Positions 34,751-46,925 of a DNA stretch of 64,000 nucleotides are shown here, piece after piece. The stretch spans positions 24,242,001 to 24,306,000 of the forward strand of contig NC_091998.1 of NCBI RefSeq assembly GCF_044704955.1, in the 5' to 3' direction. The stretch is from Pristiophorus japonicus. Taxonomy: Eukaryota. Positions within the stretch are counted from its first letter, which is position 1; the number at the start of each line of letters is the position of its first letter. The notes under the pieces are model-generated. The model was not told where the DNA came from and ran no database searches. It worked only from the letters and a program-made list of their open reading frames with translations. A program made the translations under genes and the position numbers.

Positions 34751-36124
34751 CCATTACAGATAACTGGACAGGCGTGCAACAAAATAATCGCATTAAGGCC
34801 CTGAAATTGAAAGTTTGGAAACATTTTGGTATAAACATTTTGGCCGTGCATGCTTTAATAAGCTGGGTTGGTAAAAGTAAAACGGCCAGATGGTCCTAAC
34901 TTGTTTTCAAGGCGATTTGCACACTTTTAAAATGTGGCCTGGAATTATACTGCGTCTAGTACCAACTCAGAGTGGTCTGTGACAGGCTTCTGGGGGGGAA
35001 AGTCACACCTCATGACTTCAGCGTGTCCGGGAGTCAGAGCGCAAAGTGAATACCGCAACTTCCGTGTCAGTGAGCATCACGGCGCCCATCACTTTGATAT
35101 TCTTATTCTTAAACTGCAATCAATGCATCTTCCAGGGGCAAAACTAAAATAAAATCAACAATGTTCCATTGTTTTCGAAGAAGATCAGGAATAACTAGAA
35201 GCGAAACTGCTAAAAAAAAAATAAACGATTAACTTCCCCAGTGAACAGAAATTTTAGAAACTAAGTGTAACTAAATAGTATTTTGTAATATACAAGAGAA
35301 AAGATAGCGCTGGAAGCTGGAATCAATCATATAATTGGCATTTGTAGCTACATTTTCCAATGCAGACCCGTTTAACATTCAGGCACAAAGTAAATACCAT
35401 TCTAAAGTACTTAAGCAGTCTATCTAGATAATAGAATGTTATGTACTTGTTGTCAACTTTGTGAATATATTGTCCACTGTAAACATGTCGGGCTTAATTG
35501 GAAAGGCAACGCTCTTTCGCTTCGGTTAAATGTATTTTTCTCCTTTCGAAGTCGTTATTTTCTGCTCTTGCTATTCACCAATCATATTGTACATAAACAT
35601 TCTCCATAAATGTTCAGCCCAATCATATTGCAGTAAATGTTGACCAATCAGATTGCAATCTCCACGGACGTCCTCGCCCAAGGTGAGAGCCGGGAAGCTT
35701 TTAACAAGTGGAGAGCGACACATACACAGTTAGCGTTTCAGGGCGAACCTTGCTACCTGCCCGCTGAGCGTTTCCAGCGTTTTCTGTTTTAATTTCTGAT
35801 TTCCAGCAACTTCTTTAGCTTTTAACAAGTGCTGCTTTAAAGATTGTGGATTGATTTCTGTTCTTCGGAATAAAATAGAGATTACCTCCAACTGTACGTC
35901 AATGGGGAGATGCCTGGACATCGATAGCCCGTCTCTGCATTGACTGTGTTCCAGCTCTGCTTCGCTTACTCTGGGTCATTGCTCAGTAATCCAGGGATTT
36001 GCTCCCTCCCTGCTTCAGCCCCTTATGTCTTAGGCAGTCCAAACAGTTTTGGGCGGGGGCACAGCGCCTTGGGCCCTATCTCCACCTTCACCTGCTAGCT
36101 CCACTAGGTAATAAAATTACACAG

Positions 36125-36447
36125 CTCACTGCAAGATGCACTGCAGCAACTCGCCAAGGCTTCTTCGGCAGCACCTCCCAAACCCGTGGCCTCTATTATC
36201 TGGAAGAACAAGGCGCATGGGAACATCTCCAAGTCACACACTTGGAAATATATCGGCGTTCCTTCATCGCCGCTGGGTCAAAATCCTGGAACTCCCTCCC
36301 TAACAACACTGTGGGAGTACCTTCACCACACGGACTGCAGCAGTTCAAGAAGGTGGCTCACCACCACCTTCCCAAGGGCAATTAGGGATGGGCAATAAAT
36401 GCCGGCCTTGCCAGCAACGCCCACATCCCATGAACCAATAAAAAAAG
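36125..36447 (+). mobile_element. LINE 3' end (family of 13275-13765)
   Basis: Shared sequence and A-tail. Confidence 0.8.
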
Positions 36448-36564
36448 CTCAATTCAGGAAAAATGTAGAGTCCCATTTCAAAACACATTCAGTATGACTG
36501 ATAACTGTTTCTCCCCCTTTGGTCCTACGTTGTATCAATGCAGCTAATGTATGATTCTACATGC

Positions 36565-36970
36565 ATAGGCCTATACTTTCTGGAGTTTAGAAGAATGCGA
36601 GGTGATCTCTGAAACAATTAAGATTCTGAGGGGGATTGACAGGGTAGGTGCAGAGAGGTTGTTTTCCCTGGCTGGAGTGTCTAGAACTAGTCTCAGGATG
36701 AAGGTTCGGCCATTTAAAACTGAGATGAGGAGGAATTTCTTCACTCAGAGGGTGGGGAAACTTTGGAATTCGCTACCCCAAAAGACGGTGAATGCCGAGT
36801 CATTGAGTATATTCAAGACTGAGATTTTTGGAATCGAGGGAAATCCAGGGATATGGTGATCGGGCAGGAAAGTGGAGTTGAGGCGAAGATCAGCCATAAT
36901 CTTATTGAATGGCGGAGCAGGCTAAGGGACCATACGGCCTACTCCTGCTCTCAGTTTTTAAGGTCTTATG
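36565..36970 (+). mobile_element. CR1 3' end
   Basis: ETIKILRGIDRV...RRNFFTQRV. Confidence 0.85.
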
Positions 36971-39317
36971 TAAATCCACTGCAGGCAGTGTTTATGCTCA
37001 TCCTTACATTACAACAGTGACCACACTTCAAAAGTACTTCATTGGCTGTAAAGCGCTTTGGGACGTCCGGGGGTCGTGATTGGTGCTGTATAAATGCAAG
37101 TTTTATTTTCCCCTCCCACTTTCTGTTTGTTAATAGTGATGGCCATGTCGCATTTCATATTTTACTGGTAAATATTATTGGGTCACATCAGCCTCCGGGT
37201 TAGCTCTTCTAGATATGAGTAAACGATAGCCACAATCAAGTGACTGACCGCCTTGAAGTGTGGAAGATCTCGGCAGACTTTCACAATGTCAGAGAGAATC
37301 CGAAAAAAATTACTGGCAACGCCGATGTGTTTCTGAAATGGCGACTGGGAGCGGCCGAGACAATTGTGACCAGTGTTTTCACTCACACCTGGAAACAAAC
37401 AAATTCTGGTTTAGGAAACCAGTGAACACAGTGAGCTACCACATTCCCTTGATATTGTTCCTTCCTCGTGAGATGATCTGCTACTCGTTAACTTTCCTGC
37501 ATTACAACCGTGACTCCACTTCAGAAAGTGCTCAATTGGGCTGGAAAGCGCTTTGGGATGTGAAAGGCGCTATATAAATGCAAGTCTTTTCTTGTAATGG
37601 CTCCAGCCATTATTGTGGTTATCTATTCGCAATATATTGTGCTTAGGTGCAACAAGCATTAGAATTTTTCTCCAAACTTGCTGATTGGTCGATCTCGAAA
37701 CTAAAGGTGGTTATTCTTAGGCGCCAGTCAGGATTCCTGGTCAGCGTGTGATATCATTTGCACCCTTGTGATACTGGGAATATTTGCACGGTATCCACAT
37801 AGCCATGCATTTCAATGTTGAAATGAAAGAAGCACCACCATTTCTGTTCCGTTGCATTTTGGCCAGCATGAACACGAAAAGGATGACCTTGTAATTGGGA
37901 GTTGATAAATCTCTCAATAATCATCGCCTGAATTTCGATTCAAATTGCTGCACAGAATCCGACATAGCCTTGCCACCTGTGGCCAGCTGAATGGCCGATC
38001 ACAAGGGAACTCCTAAAACATGGAAACAATTTCTACATTCTAGGCAAATATATTCCTTTCAAATATCCGCGGCAACACTAGTACTGTAACACGTTCAAAC
38101 CCATTGACAAAAGTGTTAACATTCACACTGTACTAAGGCAAAAATGTTAATTTCATCGGGATTCCTCCTAACTGAAATCCACAAAATATACAACAATAGT
38201 GAATGAAAGAGAGCACTATCAGAATTTCACTTGTTATCTCAATAATTCAATTTGCCTGATATGCAAACATCTGCAACACTCATAGTGAATGACCATTAAC
38301 TTAGTTATTGAAACACAGAGCCTTTGGAGCAAACGCCTCCTCATCTATCAACCACCCAATAAATAGACCTTCTGTACCCTCGCCCCTTTGGTACGTCTGG
38401 ATGATTGACATAAACAGTATTGCCTTTAATGAATGTGTGGATAGGTTTTTCTGGACTAGTCTATCGTCCATTATCATTTTTGCTTTACTCTCTATTCAAG
38501 CACAATGGCTTATCCTCATGCTATACATTAAACACCATTGCCCTTGCTGCACAGATCTTTTCACAGCCCTTTCACAGTGGCCTGGAGTGTACTGCATGAA
38601 TTAGACCAATTTTCAAGAGTAATCAGTCATGTGTTTATATGGCAATTTAAAACCACTCATGAGACTCTGCTGGAACAAATGATCAGCAGCACACTTCATA
38701 ATTCAGAACGCTGCTGTGGCAATTGACTTGTACCGTCTCCATATTGCGCTTGCACAATGTCAAAGTGTGTAATTCATTAACCTAGTTAGAATACAAGAAT
38801 GAAGACATATATTGTAACAAGTAAATTGCAGATATGTATATTGCGTTTTCAAAAGTAATTATCCAAACGAAAAGAAATGTAAATTGAAGATCGCTTTATC
38901 TGCTACAGATTCCATGGTCCTTGCACTAAATTAACAGCGTTTCATAAACTGGAATGTGTTACTATACATTGCTATGTTTAAGTGGTCGTTCCATGCGATG
39001 TTTGTCCTTAAGTGCATTTAACTCATAGGCAAATCGAAGTGATTTTTCTGAAAATACAACTTTGATTGCATTGGCAACACGTTGTAACCCCAATTTCCAT
39101 TGCTCGTTCTGAATAAATCAGATGTTTGCAATATAATGTTTTTGATCTTTAGGATGCTTCCGTTGCCATTGGCTCGCTGGCCAGTTTTAACGCTGTTCTG
39201 GGCCAGTAAGATCAGTTCGCTCTCATCCCAACAGGCTGAACGGACGCCGTTCCAGTTTGTAGTTCGGCCGCCGGCCAATCACTTCGAAGTTCACGTCTTT
39301 CAATGTTAATCCAGCTC

Positions 39318-40498
39318 TCAGTTGTGAGACGTCATGTGTCGCGATAGATGATGGCGCTCCCGAAAGAACTCATTACAGATTGGACATGTCAGCTTCTCCT
39401 CCCTCCTCCTCTTGCTCAGGTAGTCGGTTGCGAATTCTTTTTTGTGGTGGGACCTCATGTGAAACACCAGGTCAGAAGTCATTCGAAAGGACGCGTTGCA
39501 TTTGGCGCACCAGTTCTGAGCGGACACGCCAAAAGACGTGTAGGACGGTGGGAGAAGTGTCAGTGAGGATGTGGATTGTAGCTGTACTCCAACCGGCTTT
39601 GGCCACATGTCAGTGCTGTATAAAAAGGGGCTGTTGGTTGTGACACTCGCGTGCAATATATGAGAATTGCCAAGATCGGTGCTGATGAATTTGGACCCCA
39701 ACAGATTAGTGTGGCCCAGGAGATGGCTTGAAGCGATAGAATCGGGTAAATCTCTGGCGCATTCCGCGTGGAGTGCATGGGCTAGAAGCATAGAGGGCCC
39801 TTCTGCCGTTCGCCTGTTTGGCTGACAGAACGCACTTTTCTGCTCTTCTCTGATACCTGAAGGCAGGACTGAAGAGAAGGCGCTGCCGGTGGAACTAAGA
39901 ATCACATCTGTTCTGAGACCCACCTTCCTCGCAAGATCAGGGACACCATCTTTAGCAGTCCCCTCCGTTTTATCAGCTTTGCCCTTATCTCGCGGTCGCC
40001 GAACCTCGGTGAACGCACTTGTTTTATGTTCCGATGAATCTTTCTTCAACAAATACTTATCAGAATTAAGTTTCCAGACGGAAACCGCAAGCGCCGGGCA
40101 CACACTTGGGTCTTCTTTAGAAATGCCGCCCTGGTCGCAGGCTAAATGATTGGTTTTTTCTAACAGAACCGTTTTCCTGATTCTGTTTTCCTCTGCGCCT
40201 TCTTGCTTCCGCTTGCTAACATGTTTTTCGGTCGATGGTCGCCCCTCGTCCTGCATGGCTGGCCTTTTCTTCGAGTGCTCCAGGTCGTGGGCAATCCTGT
40301 GGAAGTTGGTAACTCTGTCCTTGTCTCTGATCTCCCCGCTCCTGTGTGGGTCTTTAAACAGACCATTGTGACCGAAGCCAAGAGCTTGAAAATCTCTCCA
40401 TGCCAGATAGTCCTTCCTCTTGCCGCACAAGAATCGAACATGGGCCAAATACGGATTTTCATATTTCAATTCCTGATCACAGTCCACGCACCTGAAGG
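39318..40498 (-). CDS. ZNF488: ZNF488 (PRDM8 paralogue), last coding exon with zinc fingers
   Basis: TTGTTAG acceptor; FRCVDC...LAHVRFLC atypical finger, SAF repeats, QNWCAKCNASFRMTSDLVFHMRSHH and LTCPICNEFFRERHHLSRHMTSHN*; adjacent to RBP3. Confidence 0.9.
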
Positions 40499-40549
40499 CT
40501 AACAAAACAACATGTCATTAACAACTTATTTCTACATGCATTCCATTGT

Positions 40550-40950
40550 ATTCATATTTGTAGCGCCGTTCATCGCCTCAAGGTGTCCCCAAGCGCTTTC
40601 CAGCCAATGAAGTACTTTTGGAAGTGCAGTCACTGTTGTAATGTAGAAAACCCGGCAGCCAATCTGCACACAACAAGCTCCCACACACAGCAACCAGAAA
40701 ACGACCAAATAATTAGAGTTAGTGATATTGGTTAATGGACAAATATTGTCCAGGACATCAGGAAGAACTCCACTGCTCTTCTTCAAAATAGTGCCATGGG
40801 ATCTTTAACCCAGTTTAATGTGTCATCCAACAGATGGAACCTCCGACAGTGCAGCACTCCCTCAGCTCCACTGGAGTGTCAGCCTAGATTTGTGTGCTCA
40901 AGTCTCTGGAGTGGTACTTGAACTCACAAGCTTCTGACTCAGGGGTGAGA
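40550..40950 (-). mobile_element. DeuSINE/SacSINE-like SINE
   Basis: Family match within the window. Confidence 0.8.
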
Positions 40951-42474
40951 AGATCAGCAAATTCGGTGGCCCTAGTTACAGAACAATAAAATATGTGGCG
41001 TCCCGACAACTATTCATTATCTAGCAGGCAGTAATATCAAAATCGGAGGCAGTCACAAAGCGTTGAACTTGTGTATAGCTGGGATATTTAAGATCTATAT
41101 GTGATGCCAACACATGACTGTTTGCCCATTTACTATTGACTTGGCTAATTCAAATGACAGTTAATAAAAACAACGGTCGACGGTACTAATTAACAAATGT
41201 AAGCACTTTTTAACCCTAAGCTGAAAGGTCTGTGCAGATCCTGCTACTGCTGGACACAGACACGCATTGACAGTAGTGTTCTGGGTCCTTTCAAGTAGAC
41301 CATGAATAATGGTGTCGCTTTGCATAGACGTGGAGCTACTCAGAATCGCCTGGTTCTCTGCGATTTGGAAGAAAATGTATTATAGAGCAATCCAATTTAA
41401 CAGAATAAAAATCAATATGGGCTAGGATGATCTTATTATCTGCAAATCATCTTAATTGACAGCAATGTTATCCCTACATCCTATTTTATAAAAGAGGAAT
41501 CGTGTTAACAAAAGATACTAAATCTAAAAGGAAATTGATGTTATAACATCTTGAAATACTAAGTGTGCATATTTTACACGGTCAATGTTACATTTTAGGT
41601 CTTTCATTCACTTTGATATTTTGAAAAATATGTTTTAGTGAACAATTCTCAGCGATTGGATTCTTGAAGGCTGGTTTTCTCCAGAGTTGGTCAAACAAAT
41701 CTGAAATGGGCGAAAGCAGTTGTTACTTGTGCCCTTGAGGATGGCAGTACTGGAGATTGCGATATGTTGTACCTATTTAACCCAGTGACATCTGCAAGGT
41801 AGGGTCTGGTAGAGACTGGCAGTCGTGCAAAGCTTTCTACATTTCCTAACCATGCACTTGAAACCCAGATGTCAGAAGAGCACCTAATACTGGTAAGTGT
41901 GATATATTCCTTCCCCCGTGGGCTTGCGCTGCCCAATCAATGCCAATTAGTGCTAAATTCGGCGGGTTTGATTTTGTACCAAGATCTCCTGTCCAGTGAG
42001 ATCTGATCTGAGACTGTCACATCGCATCTTCTACGTTACTCTTAACAGCTCGGTATACGTTTGCGAGTCTAAGTCTTAGTCCCCTTTCTCAGTTTGTTAT
42101 GACACATACATTTGTTTAAGTTGACCCTTCCAAAAGCAACGTGTGTTACTAAAGGTACATTGTGCAAATTCTGTTTGATTAAAAAATATATATGCTTCAA
42201 TATATATCTCATTCATTAAGGACATATCGTCCATTTATTGGCCTGTGATGGGACGTCAACCGGACATTAATCTACTTGCCTTGCTCATTTTAAGTAACTA
42301 CTACACGGCACACAGAAAACACCAGCACGCTTATGTAAGCGTCCATCGGGATTAGCTGTGTGCAGAACTCAAAACGAACTGAAACTATACCTCGGTTGAG
42401 GGGTAAAATGTGCTACTCTTTTCCAGTTTGACTTCTGCTGTCCTAACATTTTGATTGGCGCCATGGTTACTCAC

Positions 42475-42706
42475 TATTGGAGCCGGCTCGAGTTTTGATG
42501 TCAGTGAAGCCCAGGAGAGTGGATAGCTCCCTGTCGTACCACACGAAGAGCTCCTCGTCTTTGCCGATCCGCCGCGTGGAGCGGTAGTACAGTTGCCCGC
42601 TCTTCAGATACGCCTCCAGATTCTGTTCCTTGATGTTGTTCGCCGCTTGCACTAGTCTCAACCAGGACAGTCCATCGGAAGAGCTATTCATCGCAGTCGC
42701 ATCCAC
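42475..42706 (-). CDS. ZNF488: ZNF488 coding exon 2 (PR/SET C-terminal half)
   Basis: CCATCCAG acceptor; VDAT...GLSWLRLVQAA...EQNLEAYLKSGQLYYRSTRRIGKDEELFVWY; GTGAGT donor; phase 1. Confidence 0.9.
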
Positions 42707-42999
42707 CTGGATGGGAGAAAACTTTTAATGGAACGCTTAAATAATTTATTCCAATCCCATAAATATTTTAGGTAGATTTTAAAAATACATGTATTAGCCA
42801 TTAGCTTTGATAAAGTCGTGCGAATTTAATGCAAAATTCATCTCAATCACTTCTGCAATGGAACCTTACTATTGAATGGAAATTGCCCGTCATCTTCTTT
42901 GCAATTTAAAAAAAGGTTTAGTTCTTATCGACTTCACATAGAATTCCATCCCTGAAAAGACAATTTATCTTCCTCTTAAGCGTAACTTTAGATAAACGA

Positions 43000-43372
43000 T
43001 AAGGTGATCTTATTGAAACATATAATATACTGAGGGGGCTCGACAAGGTAGATGGAGGGAATCTAGAACTAGGGGGCATAGTTTCAGAATGAGGGGTCGC
43101 CCATTTAGAACTGAGGTGAGGAGGAATTTCTTCTCAGTGGGTCGTAAATCTGTGGAATTCTCTGCCCCAGAGAGCTGTGGAGGCTGGGTCATTGAATATA
43201 TTTAAGGCAGAGATAGACAGATTTTTGACCGAAGGGAGTGAAAGGTCATGGGGAGCAGGCAGGGAAGTGGAGCTGAATCCATGATCAGATCAGACATGAT
43301 CTTATTGAATGGCGGAGCAGGCTCTAGGGGCCAAATGGCCTATTCCTGCTCCTATTCCTTATGTTCTTATGT
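43000..43372 (+). mobile_element. CR1 3' end
   Basis: CR1 3' coding remnant and TTATGTTCTTATG tail. Confidence 0.85.
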
Positions 43373-43491
43373 AAACTGTGAATTCATCGAGTCAGGGTCT
43401 GGTTTGATGTTTTCTCAGGGGTCATTGGCATATAACTCCTTGTGTGACACTTCTAAGACTAGTGCTGTGTTGGGTTCGAAAGATCTCTTAC

Positions 43492-43710
43492 CCTGAACAC
43501 GTAAGGGACGCTTCTCCGGTCTGAAGATTTCAAAGCAATGAAAGCAATTGTGTCGTAAAAGGTGTTCTGCAGGATGCAGGGACCGAAGATCGCGTCCTCA
43601 GGGATCTCCCGGGTAATGTGCACACTGGTTAAAATGTCAGTGAAGTGATGATGTAGAAATTTGTTGTCGCCTGCCCATAGTCCCTTAGAGAAAGGGGTAA
43701 GTTCCATCAT
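43492..43710 (-). CDS. ZNF488: ZNF488 coding exon 1 (PR/SET N-terminal half)
   Basis: MMELTPFSKGLWAGD...TDILTSV...IPEDAIFGPCIL...YDTIAFIALKSSDRRSVPYVFR then GTAAGA donor; acceptor 4 nt upstream of the ATG. Spliced CDS is 1632 nt. Confidence 0.9.
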
Positions 43711-43924
43711 TCACCTGCGACACACAAGGTAGAACAGTTTAATTCCTCGGGGTTTGTGGTGCGAGTGTAGCATAGCTGTACATTGTCTACAGTCCAACAA
43801 TCACCTCAGATCTTCAGGCTGGGTGGAAACGAGGCATTGATCACAGTGCACGACTAGCGACAGCTTCACCTTGTTCTGTATTAAGCAACTTTATCACAAA
43901 GAATATCTGCCTGAAACTTTGAAT

Positions 43925-44275
43925 CTGTAACTTTCTTTTAAAAGAAAGATTTGCATTTCTATGGCGCCTTTCACGACTACTGGATGCCCCCAAACACTTT
44001 TCAGCCAATAAAGTACTTTTTGAAGTGTAGTCACTATTGTACGGCAGGAAACAAGGCAGCTAGTTTGCGCACAGCAAACTCTCACAAACAGCAATGTGAT
44101 AATGACCGGAAAAATCTGTTTTTGTTATGTCGATTGAGGGACAGTGCAGCACTCCCTCAGTATTGCATTGGAGTAGTGGCAGCTTAGATTTTTGTGCTCA
44201 AGTCCTTTGGCGTGGGGCTTGCACCTACAACCTTCTGACTCGGAGACGAGAGTGCTACCCACTGAGCCACTGTCA
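43925..44275 (-). mobile_element. DeuSINE/SacSINE-like SINE
   Basis: Family match including the tRNA-like head. Confidence 0.8.
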
Positions 44276-46662
44276 TAACTGATTAGTGTAAAATGCCGAG
44301 CCCCTGCCATGCAAAAGAGCAGTATGGTACATATTTTATTGGTGACCCGGATACAAGTTTTGGCGAGCACTCAAGCTCTGTAGAGTGAAATCTGAGCTTT
44401 TCTAAAACTACTTAACAGTGCGTCTTGTAAAAATAATGTGTGTCGCATCGGCACATATTCTACCTCGGCCTGTCATCATTGATTCTACTTCATAACGTCC
44501 AGTAATCATTAACTCAGAAAGTTAAACATGCCTGCATTGTTGGTGCAAAATAGTATTAGAAAATAAAATTAGGTTCACGTTGTGGAAATACAGAAAAATA
44601 ATCATCAAATGGATTTTCATGCAACATGTTTCATATATTTATGATGGAGGAAAATCATAAAATCAATACATACACATACGTAATGGAATTAAAGATTATT
44701 AGTGATATGAATGTTTGATGCGTCTCGTTAACTTCAGCCTATTCGCCATTCTGAATGTGGTTTTAAAAACGATTTAATTTCAGGCATTAGGATGAATCAT
44801 ACGGGAGACTTATCAATGGGAGATATAATTGGTTATTTTAATGAAGAACTTGAGTATGATAAATATTAATTACAAGAAAATATTACAATAAATTACAAAA
44901 TAAATGCATTTGATTGCATAACTGCTTGAATGTTAAACACCTTACAAATCCGTAAAAAAAATATTTTGCTGGGATTGGTTGGCACTGTGTGCTCCTGAAG
45001 AATGTACCGGGGATATGGTCCATCCGTCCAGCGCTGGTGTAACAACATTATCAACCATTTTTCATTCTTGTTACTGTAATTGTAGTCTCTATGATGTTAT
45101 CTAATCTTCCTTGAAATTGATGTTATTGTGCTCATCGGGCGAAGCAATGTTGATAATTTGTGACAATTCTGACCGACCCCTTGTTATCTGAAGCGCTTTC
45201 CAAAGATTTTTTATCATGGGCATTGTACAGAGCTGATACCTAAAATTAATTGATGCGAAAACTAATGATCTGAGAGCTGGTGTTTGATGACCATGTCCAA
45301 GACATTCAACGGCGACGAGGCTGGTGGCATGGATTAGTAAGGATATTGTTTTTAATAAATCACAAAGATTAAAGAAGGTATTTTAACAGTTGCCGATAAC
45401 TCTGTTGATAGGTTTGACATTTAATTCACGTTTTGATCCCTTGGTCTTCTGTTGGCTTAGAAGTTGGCTGATTGTGGCATGAAGGTTTCTCTATTTCTGA
45501 CTCCCAACAGTGCAAAGCAGGTCAATTCAAACCGTTTCGCACCTCTGCTCTCTCGCCTCAATGTGAAATAACTTATCTAGGCCTCACTTTGAGTCCAGTG
45601 ACACTTGGAAGCATGGTACCGTATTTACTGTTCATTCATTCCCCCTCCTCTCCTTGCAGCTAACTCGAAGCTGTCTATTATTTCACAATACCAAGTGACA
45701 CGCGTGCAAAATCAATTTGACATGAAGACGCCAAGATCAGCATAATTACCTTCAGTTATACTACAGAGAATGCTGCAGACTGTTGGAAGCAATCTAAATA
45801 GAAATATTCCCCCCCCCCCCCCCCCCCCCCGCTGAATAGCCGCTGTTTGAAAAGACAACTGTAGAAATCCAGAACTTACTGCCAAGTTGCAATGTCTTCG
45901 CTTCAAACATGTGAACTAGATGGCCGACTACACTGTTCGGCGCCCATTCGCAGTGATCTGATAGCAACTGGCATACCGACTGGTCTAAACGCTCACCAAA
46001 GTATATGCGATGTGGGTGAATGCGTCTCTCTCTCTCTCTCTTCCATTGTGTATGAGGGGAAAGTCAGGGGATTGTTCATTTGATGCATATCAGTTCACTG
46101 CGGCTGATCCCCCATTGTCTGTCCATCTGTCTGCCTGTTAGTTCCGGCCTTTTTTTCGACCATCACTGATAATATCATGTTTAAAAGAACCATTTTTTTT
46201 GCCCTTAATCAACGGCCGCCATTAGTTGACTGTTCGGATTGTTTTATAATAAAATAAAAATCCAGACCTAACAGTTGCTGTATTATTGAAATTATAATCA
46301 AGCTGAATGCAGTTTTTAACCGTGGCTGAATAATCGCGACTTGATTATATCGTACACAGCATTATAAGAAAGAATAATTGTTTTATCATATCGGTGATTG
46401 ATGTTAAAGATATTTGATTAAACAAACAAGCCCCCGTCCAAAGGGTTCTGATAGTAGTATCTAGAGCGATTCTTTTTTTTTAAACTATATTTTCCTATTA
46501 TCATGAAAATCATTTGGAACGCTATCAGAATCTAACCTTATGATCAGGACCGAAAGAAGGATTAGGACATGAAATCTATAACTCCGCCTCGTATAAGATA
46601 TCCACACACACTCACACACACAGTACGCATCTACACACAACAAAAACCCAGCTTTCATTTAC

Positions 46663-46925
46663 CAATGTCAGGCGATGGCTTCTTGGAATCGATTTCTTCA
46701 ATGTTCCCCCTTCAGGTATCAGCTTCTTCGGCCACCGCGATTTCTATTGATCCTGAAAGTGAGAGTGACGCTGGCGAGCTCTGGGTGGAAATGGCAGTTT
46801 GTCCCGCTGTAAAAGACACTTTCCTTTGCAAGATCATTTGCTCAGTGAAGCGTGACAAGCAATCCCAGGGCTCTTCCGCTTGCATGCACCCTCAATTGGC
46901 ACTTTCATTGGTGCTTTATATGGAG
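46663..46925 (-). promoter_or_regulatory. Putative ZNF488 promoter and non-coding first exon
   Basis: Minus-strand CATATAAAG at about 46913-46921 and a donor TTG|GTAAAT at 46662; the acceptor at 43715 requires an upstream exon. Confidence 0.45.

Noticed and set aside
35644-35666. ER-stress element CCAAT...CCACG
   Set aside because: Spacing is 13 nt, not the required 9.
39318-43710. Calling this gene PRDM8
   Set aside because: Very PRDM8-like, but linkage to RBP3 points to ZNF488; a tree is needed for certainty.
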